Positions 1-9,311 of a stretch of 64,000 bases of DNA are shown piece after piece (the first letter of the stretch is position 1; every line of letters begins with the position of its first letter). The stretch is from a virus. The DNA is taken from IMG/VR virus record IMGVR_UViG_3300045988_094674, positions 32,001 to 96,000 of that record; one strand, 5' to 3'. A program made the translations under genes and the position numbers. Below the pieces are notes generated by a model, which was not told the origin of the DNA, made no database searches, and was given only the letters and a program-made list of their open reading frames with translations.

Positions 1-12
1 TGGTGATGCCGT

Positions 13-225
13 ATGAACACATGTAAGAAAATATGTAACTGGTGTGGTCGTGAAATCAAGCCGATAGGTAGCGAGCAGGGAATCAGTTTTGAGTATCAAT
101 ACTCTTATGGTAGCCAACTTGATGGTTCGCTTTTGAGTTTTGATTTATGTCCTGAGTGTTCAGAACGGCTCCCAATAGTGCTCGGCGCAATGTTTGTACA
201 TAATCCCTTAAAGGACGATTTCTAA
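13..225 (+). CDS. small zinc-ribbon protein (hypothetical)
   Basis: 70-aa ORF with two Cys pairs (CNWCG ... CPEC); TAA stop. Confidence 0.4.
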   Translation: MNTCKKICNWCGREIKPIGSEQGISFEYQYSYGSQLDGSLLSFDLCPECSERLPIVLGAMFVHNPLKDDF

Positions 226-371
226 CGGCGAGTGCCGTATAAAATATAAGCCATCAATAAGCTAAACGGAGGAGAATACATAAAATGAATAGTGCATGAA
301 TTGATTCAAGACAACAAAAAAGAAACATAAATGATTATCAATGAAACAAAATTACATAAAGGAGACTTGAT

Positions 372-1475
372 ATGGCAGATAGAATTTTTAATCTTCCTCA
401 GACCCGTGGTTCTTTTGAGATGGCTGGTAAAGTTACCGGCACCCAGCGTAGTAACTTCTATAATGAGAAGGAAACTAAGAGTGGTGCTATGCGTCGTGTT
501 CTGAGCTTTGGTGTTCAGACCTCCAATGAGAATACCTTCTATGTTGATCTGGCTGGTATGCCTCGTGATAAGGTCTACTTCTTCCGCCGTGCCGATAAGG
601 ACAAGGGCATCGAGAAGGATAAGAAGGAAGTCGCTTGGAAGGATCGCATGACCTATGTTGCACCGGAAGGTTACGACATGATTGGCGTTAAGGTTGGTGT
701 TACCAAGAAGACGAATGAGTCTGGTAAGGTCGTCAATGACAACAAGACTCTGACTGATTTCGATGCAGCCAAGGAGATCTCTGAGAACCTGCATGACGGT
801 GATAACGTGTATGTCCGTGGTAACATCGAGTACAGCACTTACAACGGCAAGCACCAGATTCGCTTTGTTCCTACTCAGGTTTCTCTGAGTTCTAAGGAAA
901 TCGACTTCGATGCAGAGGGTTTTGAAGAGCTGGCTCTGTTTACCCAGACCATTGTTTACACTGGTTGCCGCAAGAGTGATGAGGGCGATGAAGTAGTTGT
1001 CGATGCAAAGATCGTGAATTACAACACTATTGAGGATGCAGAGTTCTTCATTGACTATAAGGCAAACACTCAGAATAAGGTTCTGGCCGATTCTATTCGT
1101 AAGCGTTTGAAGCCTTATACTAGTTTCGAGTGTTTTGGTCCCATCGTTAATCAGCAGAAGGTTGAGGAAGTTGAGACTGAGAATATCTGGGGTGGTCCTA
1201 ACAAGATGAAGCGTCAGAGCACTCCGGCAGTTCGTAAGCTGTATATCGAGGGTGTTAATCCTGATTCCTTTGATCCGAATCCCGGCGATAAGGATGCAGA
1301 GCCTACCTATACTGAGGACAATATCTCCGAGGCACGGGCAAAGATCGCTGCCAACGCTCAGGCTAAGAAGGACTTCGATGGCAAGGCAGCTGAGAACGAT
1401 ACTTCTTGGTGGGGTGGTTCTAACAAGTCCACTGTGACTCCTGCTGATGAGGAAGAGGATGACTGGGGAGTGTAA
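372..1475 (+). CDS. putative ssDNA-binding (OB-fold-like) protein with acidic C-terminal tail
   Basis: RBS AAAGGAGA upstream; acidic tail ADEEEDDWGV resembles SSB C-termini; adjacent to recombination-type ATPase. Confidence 0.45.
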   Translation: MADRIFNLPQTRGSFEMAGKVTGTQRSNFYNEKETKSGAMRRVLSFGVQTSNENTFYVDLAGMPRDKVYFFRRADKDKGIEKDKKEVAWKDRMTYVAPEGYDMIGVKVGVTKKTNESGKVVNDNKTLTDFDAAKEISENLHDGDNVYVRGNIEYSTYNGKHQIRFVPTQVSLSSKEIDFDAEGFEELALFTQTIVYTGCRKSDEGDEVVVDAKIVNYNTIEDAEFFIDYKANTQNKVLADSIRKRLKPYTSFECFGPIVNQQKVEEVETENIWGGPNKMKRQSTPAVRKLYIEGVNPDSFDPNPGDKDAEPTYTEDNISEARAKIAANAQAKKDFDGKAAENDTSWWGGSNKSTVTPADEEEDDWGV

Positions 1476-1485
1476 TTTTTAGTCT

Positions 1486-1506
1486 TAGCTAAGTAACACA
1501 GGATAC
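1486..1506 (+). promoter_or_regulatory. 21-nt motif TAGCTAAGTAACACAGGATAC, copy 1
   Basis: Identical 21-mer recurs at 15387-15407 and a 2-mismatch variant at 15316-15338; all lie in 5' untranslated regions. Confidence 0.5.
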
Positions 1507-1542
1507 TTATAAAAGAAAAGATTTAGAGAGGAATTTACATAT

Positions 1543-2691
1543 ATGGCTATGATTCGTAAGGCATCTGCTGTTCGTAAGAAGCTTCATATGCTGATTTATG
1601 GTGAACAGGGAACTGGTAAGTCTCGTACTGCTATGCAGCTATGCTATTTGAAGAATGCAGACGGTAAGCCGTTCCGTGTTCTGTATCTGGATACCGAGAA
1701 TGGTTCTATCGATAACTATACCGAGGAACTGGAAGCTAATGGCGTGAATCCTGACAATCTGTTGATTGTTTACACCCAGTCTCTGGCAGAAGTTCAGGAT
1801 TATATCAAGATGGTCACTAACGACGAGGACATCGAGGATGAGAATGGTGATGTCTATCTGGACGCAGATGGTAAGCCGTTCCGTGCGGATGCACTGGTTG
1901 TTGACTCCGCTTCCATTCTCAAGATGACAGCTACTCAGGGTCTCACTGCCTTCTCGCAGAAGCGTGCCAAGGTTAAGGCTGCATCTCAGGGTCTGACTGG
2001 TGACGAAAAGGCAGTTAAGATTGAGGGTGCTGGCATGGAGCTCAAGGATTTCAATACCCTGAACTTCAAGGGTCAGTCTCTGATTTTGGATCTGAATGCA
2101 TCTGGTGTAAACTACATCGTTGTTTGCCGAGAGAAGGACGAGAAGCATACTAAGGTTGTGAATGGTTCTATCGTAAGTGAGCCTACTGGTCGTAAGATTC
2201 CTGATGGGTTTGCTGGTCAGGAGTACAACGTTGATACTGAGTTCCGCCTGTATTTTCAGGATGGTCAGCAGCTCGCTTTCTTCGATAAGGATCGTACCGG
2301 TATGCATAAGGGCGGTGAGGTCGTTGAGGATCTGACCCTGCTTGAGTATCAGGATATTATCTCTAGTAGCGCAAAGAATCGGGAGAACGTCATCAAGAAC
2401 GGCTTAAACGATGCTGTTAAGACTGAGGTTAAGCTGAGTATGCGTGACCTTGGTATCGAAAACGATGAGCCGGATGATGTTCCGGCAGATAAGAGTTCCG
2501 ATAGTAAAGAGCCTTCTATGGATGACATCAAGGCAAAGCTGAATGACCTGATTGCTTCCGCTTCTCCTGTAAAGAAGAGCGCAGCGCAGAAGGCTGTTAA
2601 GGCGGCTGGCCTGTCTACTGCGTTCCGTTCTATGACTGATATTGAGGAACTGAAGAAGGTTGCCGCAATCATGGAGAAGGAACTGGCTTAA
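1543..2691 (+). CDS. AAA_24/Sak4-like RecA-fold ATPase
   Basis: Walker A IYGEQGTGKS, Walker B-like ALVVDSAS; position in replication/recombination module. Confidence 0.7.
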   Translation: MAMIRKASAVRKKLHMLIYGEQGTGKSRTAMQLCYLKNADGKPFRVLYLDTENGSIDNYTEELEANGVNPDNLLIVYTQSLAEVQDYIKMVTNDEDIEDENGDVYLDADGKPFRADALVVDSASILKMTATQGLTAFSQKRAKVKAASQGLTGDEKAVKIEGAGMELKDFNTLNFKGQSLILDLNASGVNYIVVCREKDEKHTKVVNGSIVSEPTGRKIPDGFAGQEYNVDTEFRLYFQDGQQLAFFDKDRTGMHKGGEVVEDLTLLEYQDIISSSAKNRENVIKNGLNDAVKTEVKLSMRDLGIENDEPDDVPADKSSDSKEPSMDDIKAKLNDLIASASPVKKSAAQKAVKAAGLSTAFRSMTDIEELKKVAAIMEKELA

Positions 2692-3383
2692 TGGAACTAA
2701 CCCGTAAATGCAAGATTTGCGGGAAGAACATTTTCATCGAGCGAGACCGTAGCACTTTTTTCTACGACAAGACTGGTTTTTACCACAAGGATTGTTTTGT
2801 AGAAAAAAAGAAAAATCAAAAACGCCCTTGGACAGATGATCTGCTGAGGGCATTTTTTGACAAAGTGAAGGATACTACGGACAAAAAGGTCGATGATCTT
2901 CTTTCCAAAAAGAGGGAGCAAGACCACAATCGTGAACTTGCTCATATCAAACAGGAAGAGAAAAAGATTCTTTTCGACCATATTCGAGATACATACGCCC
3001 CGGCGGTTGTTCCTGGTAGCTTCTACTCGAAACTTACGCAGTTGATTTCCGGTAATTATTACAAATATAGAGGTTCGATTCCTCCGCTAGAGCTCTACGA
3101 TATGTGGGTTCTAGCGAAACCCCGATTAGATAAGATAATTGCAGAGAAAGAAGCCAAGGGTTGCGACATGAGCCAGCGATGGAACTACGATTTGGCTGTT
3201 CTGCTGGCTCAATATCCTAGTTATCTTGAGCGAAAAGAAAGACTAGCTTCGATCCGCAGTGAAAGCGAAGATAAAACGAAGGAAAACCTGACTGAAACGG
3301 TACTGAAACGGATAAAAACAGTACCGAAGCAGAGTAAAAACGAGAACGAAATTGATATAAATGCAATTCTCGATGAAATATAA
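2691..3383 (+). CDS. hypothetical protein with N-terminal Cys/His cluster
   Basis: TAATG overlap with upstream gene; CKICGK ... HKDC. Confidence 0.5.
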   Translation: MELTRKCKICGKNIFIERDRSTFFYDKTGFYHKDCFVEKKKNQKRPWTDDLLRAFFDKVKDTTDKKVDDLLSKKREQDHNRELAHIKQEEKKILFDHIRDTYAPAVVPGSFYSKLTQLISGNYYKYRGSIPPLELYDMWVLAKPRLDKIIAEKEAKGCDMSQRWNYDLAVLLAQYPSYLERKERLASIRSESEDKTKENLTETVLKRIKTVPKQSKNENEIDINAILDEI

Positions 3384-3400
3384 AAGAGGGAGGTGGATGA

Positions 3401-4924
3401 GTGGAACTCATTTCAAATATCCCGAACGAAATTCTATTTGTTGGCGCAATTTACAAGCATCCTGACTATTTGGTCGAGTATGGGCATTATGTCAAGAGTA
3501 AGTATGATTTTGCCGATGAAGCAACAAAATTTTTCTACGATGCAGCGTTGATTATTTATGAAACTCGGACTCAAGAATTTAATAAAACGTCTGTTTTAAC
3601 GTTTATGGCTGAAGACGAGTCCAGATTGTCCCAATATAAGCGGCTGAAGGGCTGGTCAACCATTGAATACTACATGAGCCTTGCGAATGACGATGACATC
3701 AAGGGATATTTCAATATCCTGAAGAAATATTCGTTACTTCGTGAGTATCAGAGAAACGGATTTAACATTGAAGGAATCTTGAAACATCGACAGTTTGAAA
3801 TGTTTGGTGCTCAGGACATTTACAAATTGATTCGTGGCAAGGCCGATAAGATCAATACAGTTATCATTACAAACGATGATGCTGAGATTTTGAATAATGG
3901 TCTGCTGCCAATGGTCAATGAACGTCTGAGCGTTCCTGATATGGGCTTGCCGTTCCAGTATCCCATCATGAACGATTTGTTCCGAGGATTGAAGCTGGGC
4001 ACTGTGATGTTCAATGGTATGCCATCTAACGCTGGTAAGACTAGATACATGATGGCGATTGTTGCCTACGTCACATTGGTTCAAAAGCAAAAAGCTCTTT
4101 TGCTGCTGAATGAGATGGATCTTGAGTCAGTCCGGTATTGCTTATTGGTTACCGCCATCAATAATCCTGAGTTTCAAGAGTTGCATGGTCATCGCTTCCA
4201 TAAGGATGAGCGAGAAATCACCCTTGGAATGTACCGGGATGCAAATGGAAACTTCATTTTCCGAAAGCAAAACGAAGACGGAGAATACATAGAAAGCATT
4301 GATGAGTTCACCGCTCGTGTCTATGAGGAAAGCGAAGAGTACCGCAATGTGCTTGATGTTTGCCAGTGGATTGAGAACGAATCACAAGGCTTGATTATCG
4401 CAAAGGATGTTTCTGCTGATTATAGTGATAAGTCCCTGCGATTTGAAATCCAGAAAGCAGCTCTCACTCAGGGAGTTAAGTATGTGTTCTATGATACTCT
4501 AAAGAACGACATTGCATCGATTGGTGAATGGGCAGCATTCAAGGTCACGGCCACCGAGCTTGAAGAGATTGCGAAGAATCTAAAGATCTTTATCTACGGT
4601 AGTATTCAGTTGGCTGAAAATGCCCATGAGTATCTTCCTGATGAGCTGAATTCAAATAACATTGCTGAGTCAAAAATGATTAAGCATGTTGCTTGGACGA
4701 TGGTTCTATTCAAGGAGATTCCAAAAGATAAGTTCGTGAAGTATCAATACATCTCTCATGACCCTGAGTGGGGCGGTGACTGTGCCCATCGGTTGAATCC
4801 AGATAAGCGGTATTACGTTGGAAACATCGATAAAAACCGTTTTGGTGAGAAAAAGAAAATCATGTTTGAAGTGAATTTGAACCAGAATATCTGGAAAGAG
4901 GTCGGTGTCTGCACCAGAAAGTAA
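3401..4924 (+). CDS. DnaB-like replicative helicase
   Basis: 507 aa; GTG start after GGGAGGTGG; Walker A GMPSNAGKTRYMM; followed by primase. Confidence 0.65.
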   Translation: MELISNIPNEILFVGAIYKHPDYLVEYGHYVKSKYDFADEATKFFYDAALIIYETRTQEFNKTSVLTFMAEDESRLSQYKRLKGWSTIEYYMSLANDDDIKGYFNILKKYSLLREYQRNGFNIEGILKHRQFEMFGAQDIYKLIRGKADKINTVIITNDDAEILNNGLLPMVNERLSVPDMGLPFQYPIMNDLFRGLKLGTVMFNGMPSNAGKTRYMMAIVAYVTLVQKQKALLLLNEMDLESVRYCLLVTAINNPEFQELHGHRFHKDEREITLGMYRDANGNFIFRKQNEDGEYIESIDEFTARVYEESEEYRNVLDVCQWIENESQGLIIAKDVSADYSDKSLRFEIQKAALTQGVKYVFYDTLKNDIASIGEWAAFKVTATELEEIAKNLKIFIYGSIQLAENAHEYLPDELNSNNIAESKMIKHVAWTMVLFKEIPKDKFVKYQYISHDPEWGGDCAHRLNPDKRYYVGNIDKNRFGEKKKIMFEVNLNQNIWKEVGVCTRK

Positions 4925-4933
4925 GGAACTACA

Positions 4934-5956
4934 ATGGTAAATATCGCAGATCTGAAAAATTACATTCTTGAAGAACAGCAGATTGAGCCGATTTTGGAAG
5001 AGCTTGGTTGCCATCACATTAGTCATAAGACTGGTTATTACCAGTGCGCAAATCCAGATGGTGACAATAGAACGGCACTCTGCGTTTACGAGAATGAAAA
5101 TCTTACTGCGGTAGATTACACACGAGATATTGCCAATGGAAAGACCAGTTGTGATTTGATTTCTGTCGTCCAGTTCTTTCTGGAACTGTCTTTCCCAAAA
5201 GCCATTAAGCAAATCTGCGAATGGGTTGGTCTTGACTACTATCACAACTTCGAGGAAGACCTTCCTAAAAGTATGCTGATTCTAAAAGAACTCATTGCCA
5301 TGCAAAATGAAGGTGAAGAACACGAGGATGACCGTCCGATAGTCCCCATCTCCGAAGCTATCCTCGGTTATTATAAACCTTATGTGAACCAGATTTTTGC
5401 TGACGATGGGATATCTTATGAGACGCAGCAGGAGTTTGAGATTGGCTTTGATGAACTGACAAATAGAATCACGATTCCAATCAGAGATGAAATTGGCACT
5501 CTGGTTGGTGTAAAGGGAAGATATTTTGGTAAGCCTCCTGAAGGCGAATTAAAGTATCTATATCTTGAGCCGTGTGCCAGAAACCGTATTCTGTATGGTC
5601 TGTATAAGACAGAGCCATACATTAAGAATGAAGGTCTGGTATATGTTGGTGAAGCCGAAAAGTCTGTCATGCAGATGTGGAACATGGATGTTTACAACTG
5701 TGTGGCGACTGGCGGTAAGAAGGTTTCACAGAATCAAATTGAAATTTTAACACGTCTTTGCGTTGATATTTGTTTTGTATTTGATAAAGACGTTCAGCTT
5801 AGTGAGCTTATGGTTCTCGCCAATCGATTTGTCGATGGCGTAAGTGTGTATGCTGTAGTAGATGATAAAGGGATTCTGGATGAAAAGGAAGCCCCGACTG
5901 ACAATCCTGAAAAATTTAAAGCATTGATTGAGAATTATGTTAGGAGAATTAAATGA
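4934..5956 (+). CDS. DNA primase (Toprim type)
   Basis: N-terminal Cys/His cluster; Toprim-like VYVGEAEKSVM and FVFDKD. Confidence 0.65.
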   Translation: MVNIADLKNYILEEQQIEPILEELGCHHISHKTGYYQCANPDGDNRTALCVYENENLTAVDYTRDIANGKTSCDLISVVQFFLELSFPKAIKQICEWVGLDYYHNFEEDLPKSMLILKELIAMQNEGEEHEDDRPIVPISEAILGYYKPYVNQIFADDGISYETQQEFEIGFDELTNRITIPIRDEIGTLVGVKGRYFGKPPEGELKYLYLEPCARNRILYGLYKTEPYIKNEGLVYVGEAEKSVMQMWNMDVYNCVATGGKKVSQNQIEILTRLCVDICFVFDKDVQLSELMVLANRFVDGVSVYAVVDDKGILDEKEAPTDNPEKFKALIENYVRRIK

Positions 5957-7695
5957 ATGTAAAACTCTGGAAGGGGAGTAGGAACGACCTATCAGACCCG
6001 ATTGGAACGATTATGGAGAACAGAGGGGTTGAGGATTATAAGACCTACATGAACCTAGATGATTCTTGTTTGAATTCTCCGTGGGAACTGGACAACATGG
6101 AAGATGCTGTCCGGCTGTTGAACAAACATATTTGGAATAAGTCTATTATCTCTATCCTTGTAGACTGTGATGTGGATGGATTCACAAGTGCTTCAATGAT
6201 GTTTCAGTATTTGAAGACGATTGGTTATTTTGGAAAAATTAATGTTCTGCATCATAGTGGCAAGGAACATGGACTCTCTAAAGAAATTGAGATCCCACCT
6301 GAAACTACCTTGCTGATTATTCCTGATGCTGGTAGTAACGATGTTGAGCAGTGCAAGGAACTTCGTGATAAGGGCATCGATATTCTGATCCTTGACCATC
6401 ACATCTGCGACAGAGAGAATCCTTACGCAGTAATCGTCAATAACCAGAATGGTACATATCCTAATAAGGAACTGTCTGGTGCTGGCGTTGTGTATAAGTT
6501 CCTTCAGGCTGTTGATGAATATAATTGGACTGATGTTGCAGATAGGTATCTTGATCTAGTGGCTATCGGAAATATCGGTGATGTTATGGATATGCACTCG
6601 CATGAGACAAAGCGCCTTTGCACAAAAGGTCTGGCGCGAATTGTAAATCCGATGATTTGTGCTTTGGTTGAGGCGAATAGCTTCAACATCAAGGGTGATC
6701 CGACTATCAATGATGTTCAGTTCTATATCGTTCCGATGATGAACGCACTGATTCGCGTTGGCTCATCCGAGCAAAAGAAGCGGATGTTCCGTGCGATGGT
6801 TGGAGAGGAACAGACCTTCCAGTATACTCCGACTCGTGGCAAGAATGCCGGTGTTACGATTGATGAGAATCTGGCGCAGCATGTAGCTCGTGAGTGCTCC
6901 TCTTGTAAGTATCAGCAAAACAAGACAAAGGACAAGGCTGTCGCAGAGCTTCAAAACTGGATTTCTAAGTATGGAGCGGACAGAAGTAAAGTTTTGTTTT
7001 GTAATTCCACTGGCATTCTGGACAGTAATTTGACTGGCGTTGTAGCAATCAAGCTGGCTGAAATATATGGTAAACCTTGCGTACTACTTCGAGAGATGGC
7101 CTGCCCTGAAGAACCAGACGAGAATCAAGAGTATTTTGGTGGTTCAATGAGAAATCCTGACGGTTCTCCGATTGAAAGTTTAAAGGAGTTCTTGATGAGT
7201 ACCGGAGATTTCGAGTCTGTTCTTGGTCATGACAACGCTGCTGGCGTGAAAATTAAGAAAGAAAACGTGCCAAAGGCGATTGCGGATTGTGACGAACTGC
7301 TTAAAGATGTCACTATGAGTAAGGCGATTGTAGTTGATTTTGATTTTAACTACAACAAATTGACTGTTGCATTGCCGAAGATCATGTACGAGATGCATAA
7401 AGTCTGGGCTCAGGGTATTTCCGAGCCGTATTTCTACATTAAAAACATTCCGCTGATTCATAGTGGATGTGCTCCGATGGGCAAGAACGGCAATATGTGG
7501 AAATATTCTGACGAAGAAAAAGGCATTGATTTTGTGTGCTTTGCAGATAATGGCCGGATGATTGACTGGATCAACAATGACTTCTATGGTGGTCAGGAAG
7601 AGAAATATATCAATGCTGTATGCCGGTTATCTTTAAATCAGTACGGAAACAAGGTGACTCCGCAAGCACAGATTGTTGATTTTGAGGTGATTTGA
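5953..7695 (+). CDS. RecJ-like DHH-family ssDNA exonuclease
   Basis: DCDVDGFTS, PDAGSND, ILDHHI (DHH) motifs. Confidence 0.7.
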   Translation: MNVKLWKGSRNDLSDPIGTIMENRGVEDYKTYMNLDDSCLNSPWELDNMEDAVRLLNKHIWNKSIISILVDCDVDGFTSASMMFQYLKTIGYFGKINVLHHSGKEHGLSKEIEIPPETTLLIIPDAGSNDVEQCKELRDKGIDILILDHHICDRENPYAVIVNNQNGTYPNKELSGAGVVYKFLQAVDEYNWTDVADRYLDLVAIGNIGDVMDMHSHETKRLCTKGLARIVNPMICALVEANSFNIKGDPTINDVQFYIVPMMNALIRVGSSEQKKRMFRAMVGEEQTFQYTPTRGKNAGVTIDENLAQHVARECSSCKYQQNKTKDKAVAELQNWISKYGADRSKVLFCNSTGILDSNLTGVVAIKLAEIYGKPCVLLREMACPEEPDENQEYFGGSMRNPDGSPIESLKEFLMSTGDFESVLGHDNAAGVKIKKENVPKAIADCDELLKDVTMSKAIVVDFDFNYNKLTVALPKIMYEMHKVWAQGISEPYFYIKNIPLIHSGCAPMGKNGNMWKYSDEEKGIDFVCFADNGRMIDWINNDFYGGQEEKYINAVCRLSLNQYGNKVTPQAQIVDFEVI

Positions 7696-7696
7696 T

Positions 7697-8044
7697 ATGG
7701 GAAATTGGAAACGTGCTATCGCCATCGACTTTGATGGAACTCTCTGTGAGAATAATTATCCTGATATCGGTGAGCCAAACTGGAATGTAATTTATCAAGC
7801 AATTCAGGAACAGAAGCACGGTGCTGGTCTGATTCTCTGGACTTGCCGTGAAGGAAAGCTTTTGTATGATGCAATGGAGGCTTGCTTTGATTGGGGCATT
7901 CAGTTTGATGCAATCAATGAGAGTCTTCCTGAGTGGAAAGAACATTTTGGCACTGCTCCTAGAAAGGTTGGGGCTGATGAATATTGGGATGATAAGGCTA
8001 AGGTTGTAAAAAATGGAGAGCTGATTGACAATGCTGATGCCTGA
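7697..8044 (+). CDS. HAD-superfamily phosphatase-like protein
   Basis: N-terminal IAIDFDGTL (DxDGT) motif. Confidence 0.45.
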   Translation: MGNWKRAIAIDFDGTLCENNYPDIGEPNWNVIYQAIQEQKHGAGLILWTCREGKLLYDAMEACFDWGIQFDAINESLPEWKEHFGTAPRKVGADEYWDDKAKVVKNGELIDNADA

Positions 8045-8216
8045 ACAGTTTGAAGCAGACGTTAAAGAATTTATCGCAGAATGCCAAAGCCATCCAGTGA
8101 TAGATTTATCAAAAGATGATCCATGCGAAGGATGTCGCTTTGAGGACTTTTGCGATAGGTTTTATCCGGGCGATGGTAGCACATGGCATTGGCGAGTTTA
8201 TGAGAGGGGTGAATGA
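8025..8216 (+). CDS. hypothetical protein
   Basis: 63-aa ORF packed between neighbours; TGA stop abuts next ATG. Confidence 0.4.
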   Translation: MTMLMPEQFEADVKEFIAECQSHPVIDLSKDDPCEGCRFEDFCDRFYPGDGSTWHWRVYERGE

Positions 8217-8978
8217 ATGGTTTACATTACAGGCGATATTCATGGTGATTACAATCGGTTTTTAGAATTGGAAAAGTTTTGCCATAAACACAATCTTGGA
8301 ATGAATGACTGGATTGTCTGCCTTGGCGATGTCGGTTTGAACTACTACGGCAAGGATGACCCTCGTGAATGGAGTATCAAGACTATCGCCGCAGATATTC
8401 CTGCAAATCTGTTTTGTATTTATGGCAACCACGAGCGCCGCCCGTCTCGTAAGGATGGTTATAGGACAAAGGAAATCAGTGGAGATATTTGTGGTAAGGT
8501 GTGGTATGACTCACATTATCAAAATCAGTATTTCGCTATTGATGGTGAGGTCTATCAGATTCTTGCTGACAGGGAAGTGTTAAACTGTCTTGTTTGCGGC
8601 GGAGCATATTCTGTGGACAAGTATTATCGGCTAGAGTGGGGATATAATTGGTGGCTGAACGAACAGCCGAATGATAAGACTAAGAAAAAGATCTGGAATA
8701 TTACACATGACCCTCAAATCGATGATATTGATGTTATGCTCACGCATACCTGTCCATTCCGGTTCATTCCAACTGAATTGTTTATTGGTGGTATTGATCA
8801 AAGCACAGTAGACCAGTCAACTGAAATATTCTTTGATAATATATACGAATGCTATCCTAACGATTGTAAACCATTCTGGTACTTCGGCCACTTCCATGGT
8901 AACAAGTACGCTGACGACTATGTGATGCTTTTTGATGACATTATTAAGTTTGGAGATAAGAGGAAAACGGATGATTAA
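8217..8978 (+). CDS. calcineurin-like metallophosphoesterase
   Basis: GDIHGD ... GDVGLNY ... GNHE motif series. Confidence 0.75.
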   Translation: MVYITGDIHGDYNRFLELEKFCHKHNLGMNDWIVCLGDVGLNYYGKDDPREWSIKTIAADIPANLFCIYGNHERRPSRKDGYRTKEISGDICGKVWYDSHYQNQYFAIDGEVYQILADREVLNCLVCGGAYSVDKYYRLEWGYNWWLNEQPNDKTKKKIWNITHDPQIDDIDVMLTHTCPFRFIPTELFIGGIDQSTVDQSTEIFFDNIYECYPNDCKPFWYFGHFHGNKYADDYVMLFDDIIKFGDKRKTDD

Positions 8979-9294
8979 AGATAAAAATTTACGAGTGCTT
9001 GATTATATTGATGGCAAGGAAATCCTCATTCAGATGGGTGAGGAAGGTTCTGAGTTGTCGAAAGCTGCGATAAAGTTTTATCGTGCAATCGATATGAAGA
9101 ACCCAACGCCTGTAAGCATTAACGAGGCTTATGAAAACCTCGTAGAAGAATTCGGTGATGTGCTGAACTGTATCTACGCATACTATGATGATGACGAGGA
9201 TTGCATCTTGGCGTTTACATCGAAAGCGAATGAGATTGCTAACGAGAAGCGCAAGCGTTGGATTAAGCGCTTGAAGGAACGTAATCAGTTTTAA
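8971..9294 (+). CDS. MazG-like nucleotide pyrophosphohydrolase
   Basis: ATG at 8971 overlaps upstream stop; MGEEGSELSKA and EEFGDVLNCI helices. Confidence 0.55.
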   Translation: MIKDKNLRVLDYIDGKEILIQMGEEGSELSKAAIKFYRAIDMKNPTPVSINEAYENLVEEFGDVLNCIYAYYDDDEDCILAFTSKANEIANEKRKRWIKRLKERNQF

Positions 9295-9311
9295 TGGCGG
9301 AAGGAGAATAG

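Noticed and set aside
306-854. Long antisense ORFs inside well-supported genes. Examples are 306-854, 1639-2307, 11936-12457, 16261-16992, 54015-55018 and 61577-62059.
   Set aside because: They lie fully opposite genes with clear motifs and RBSs, have no RBS of their own, and have odd composition. They are shadow ORFs.
8932-8970. Upstream ATG for the MazG-like gene
   Set aside because: It lies inside the metallophosphatase gene. ATG 8971 gives the usual short overlap.
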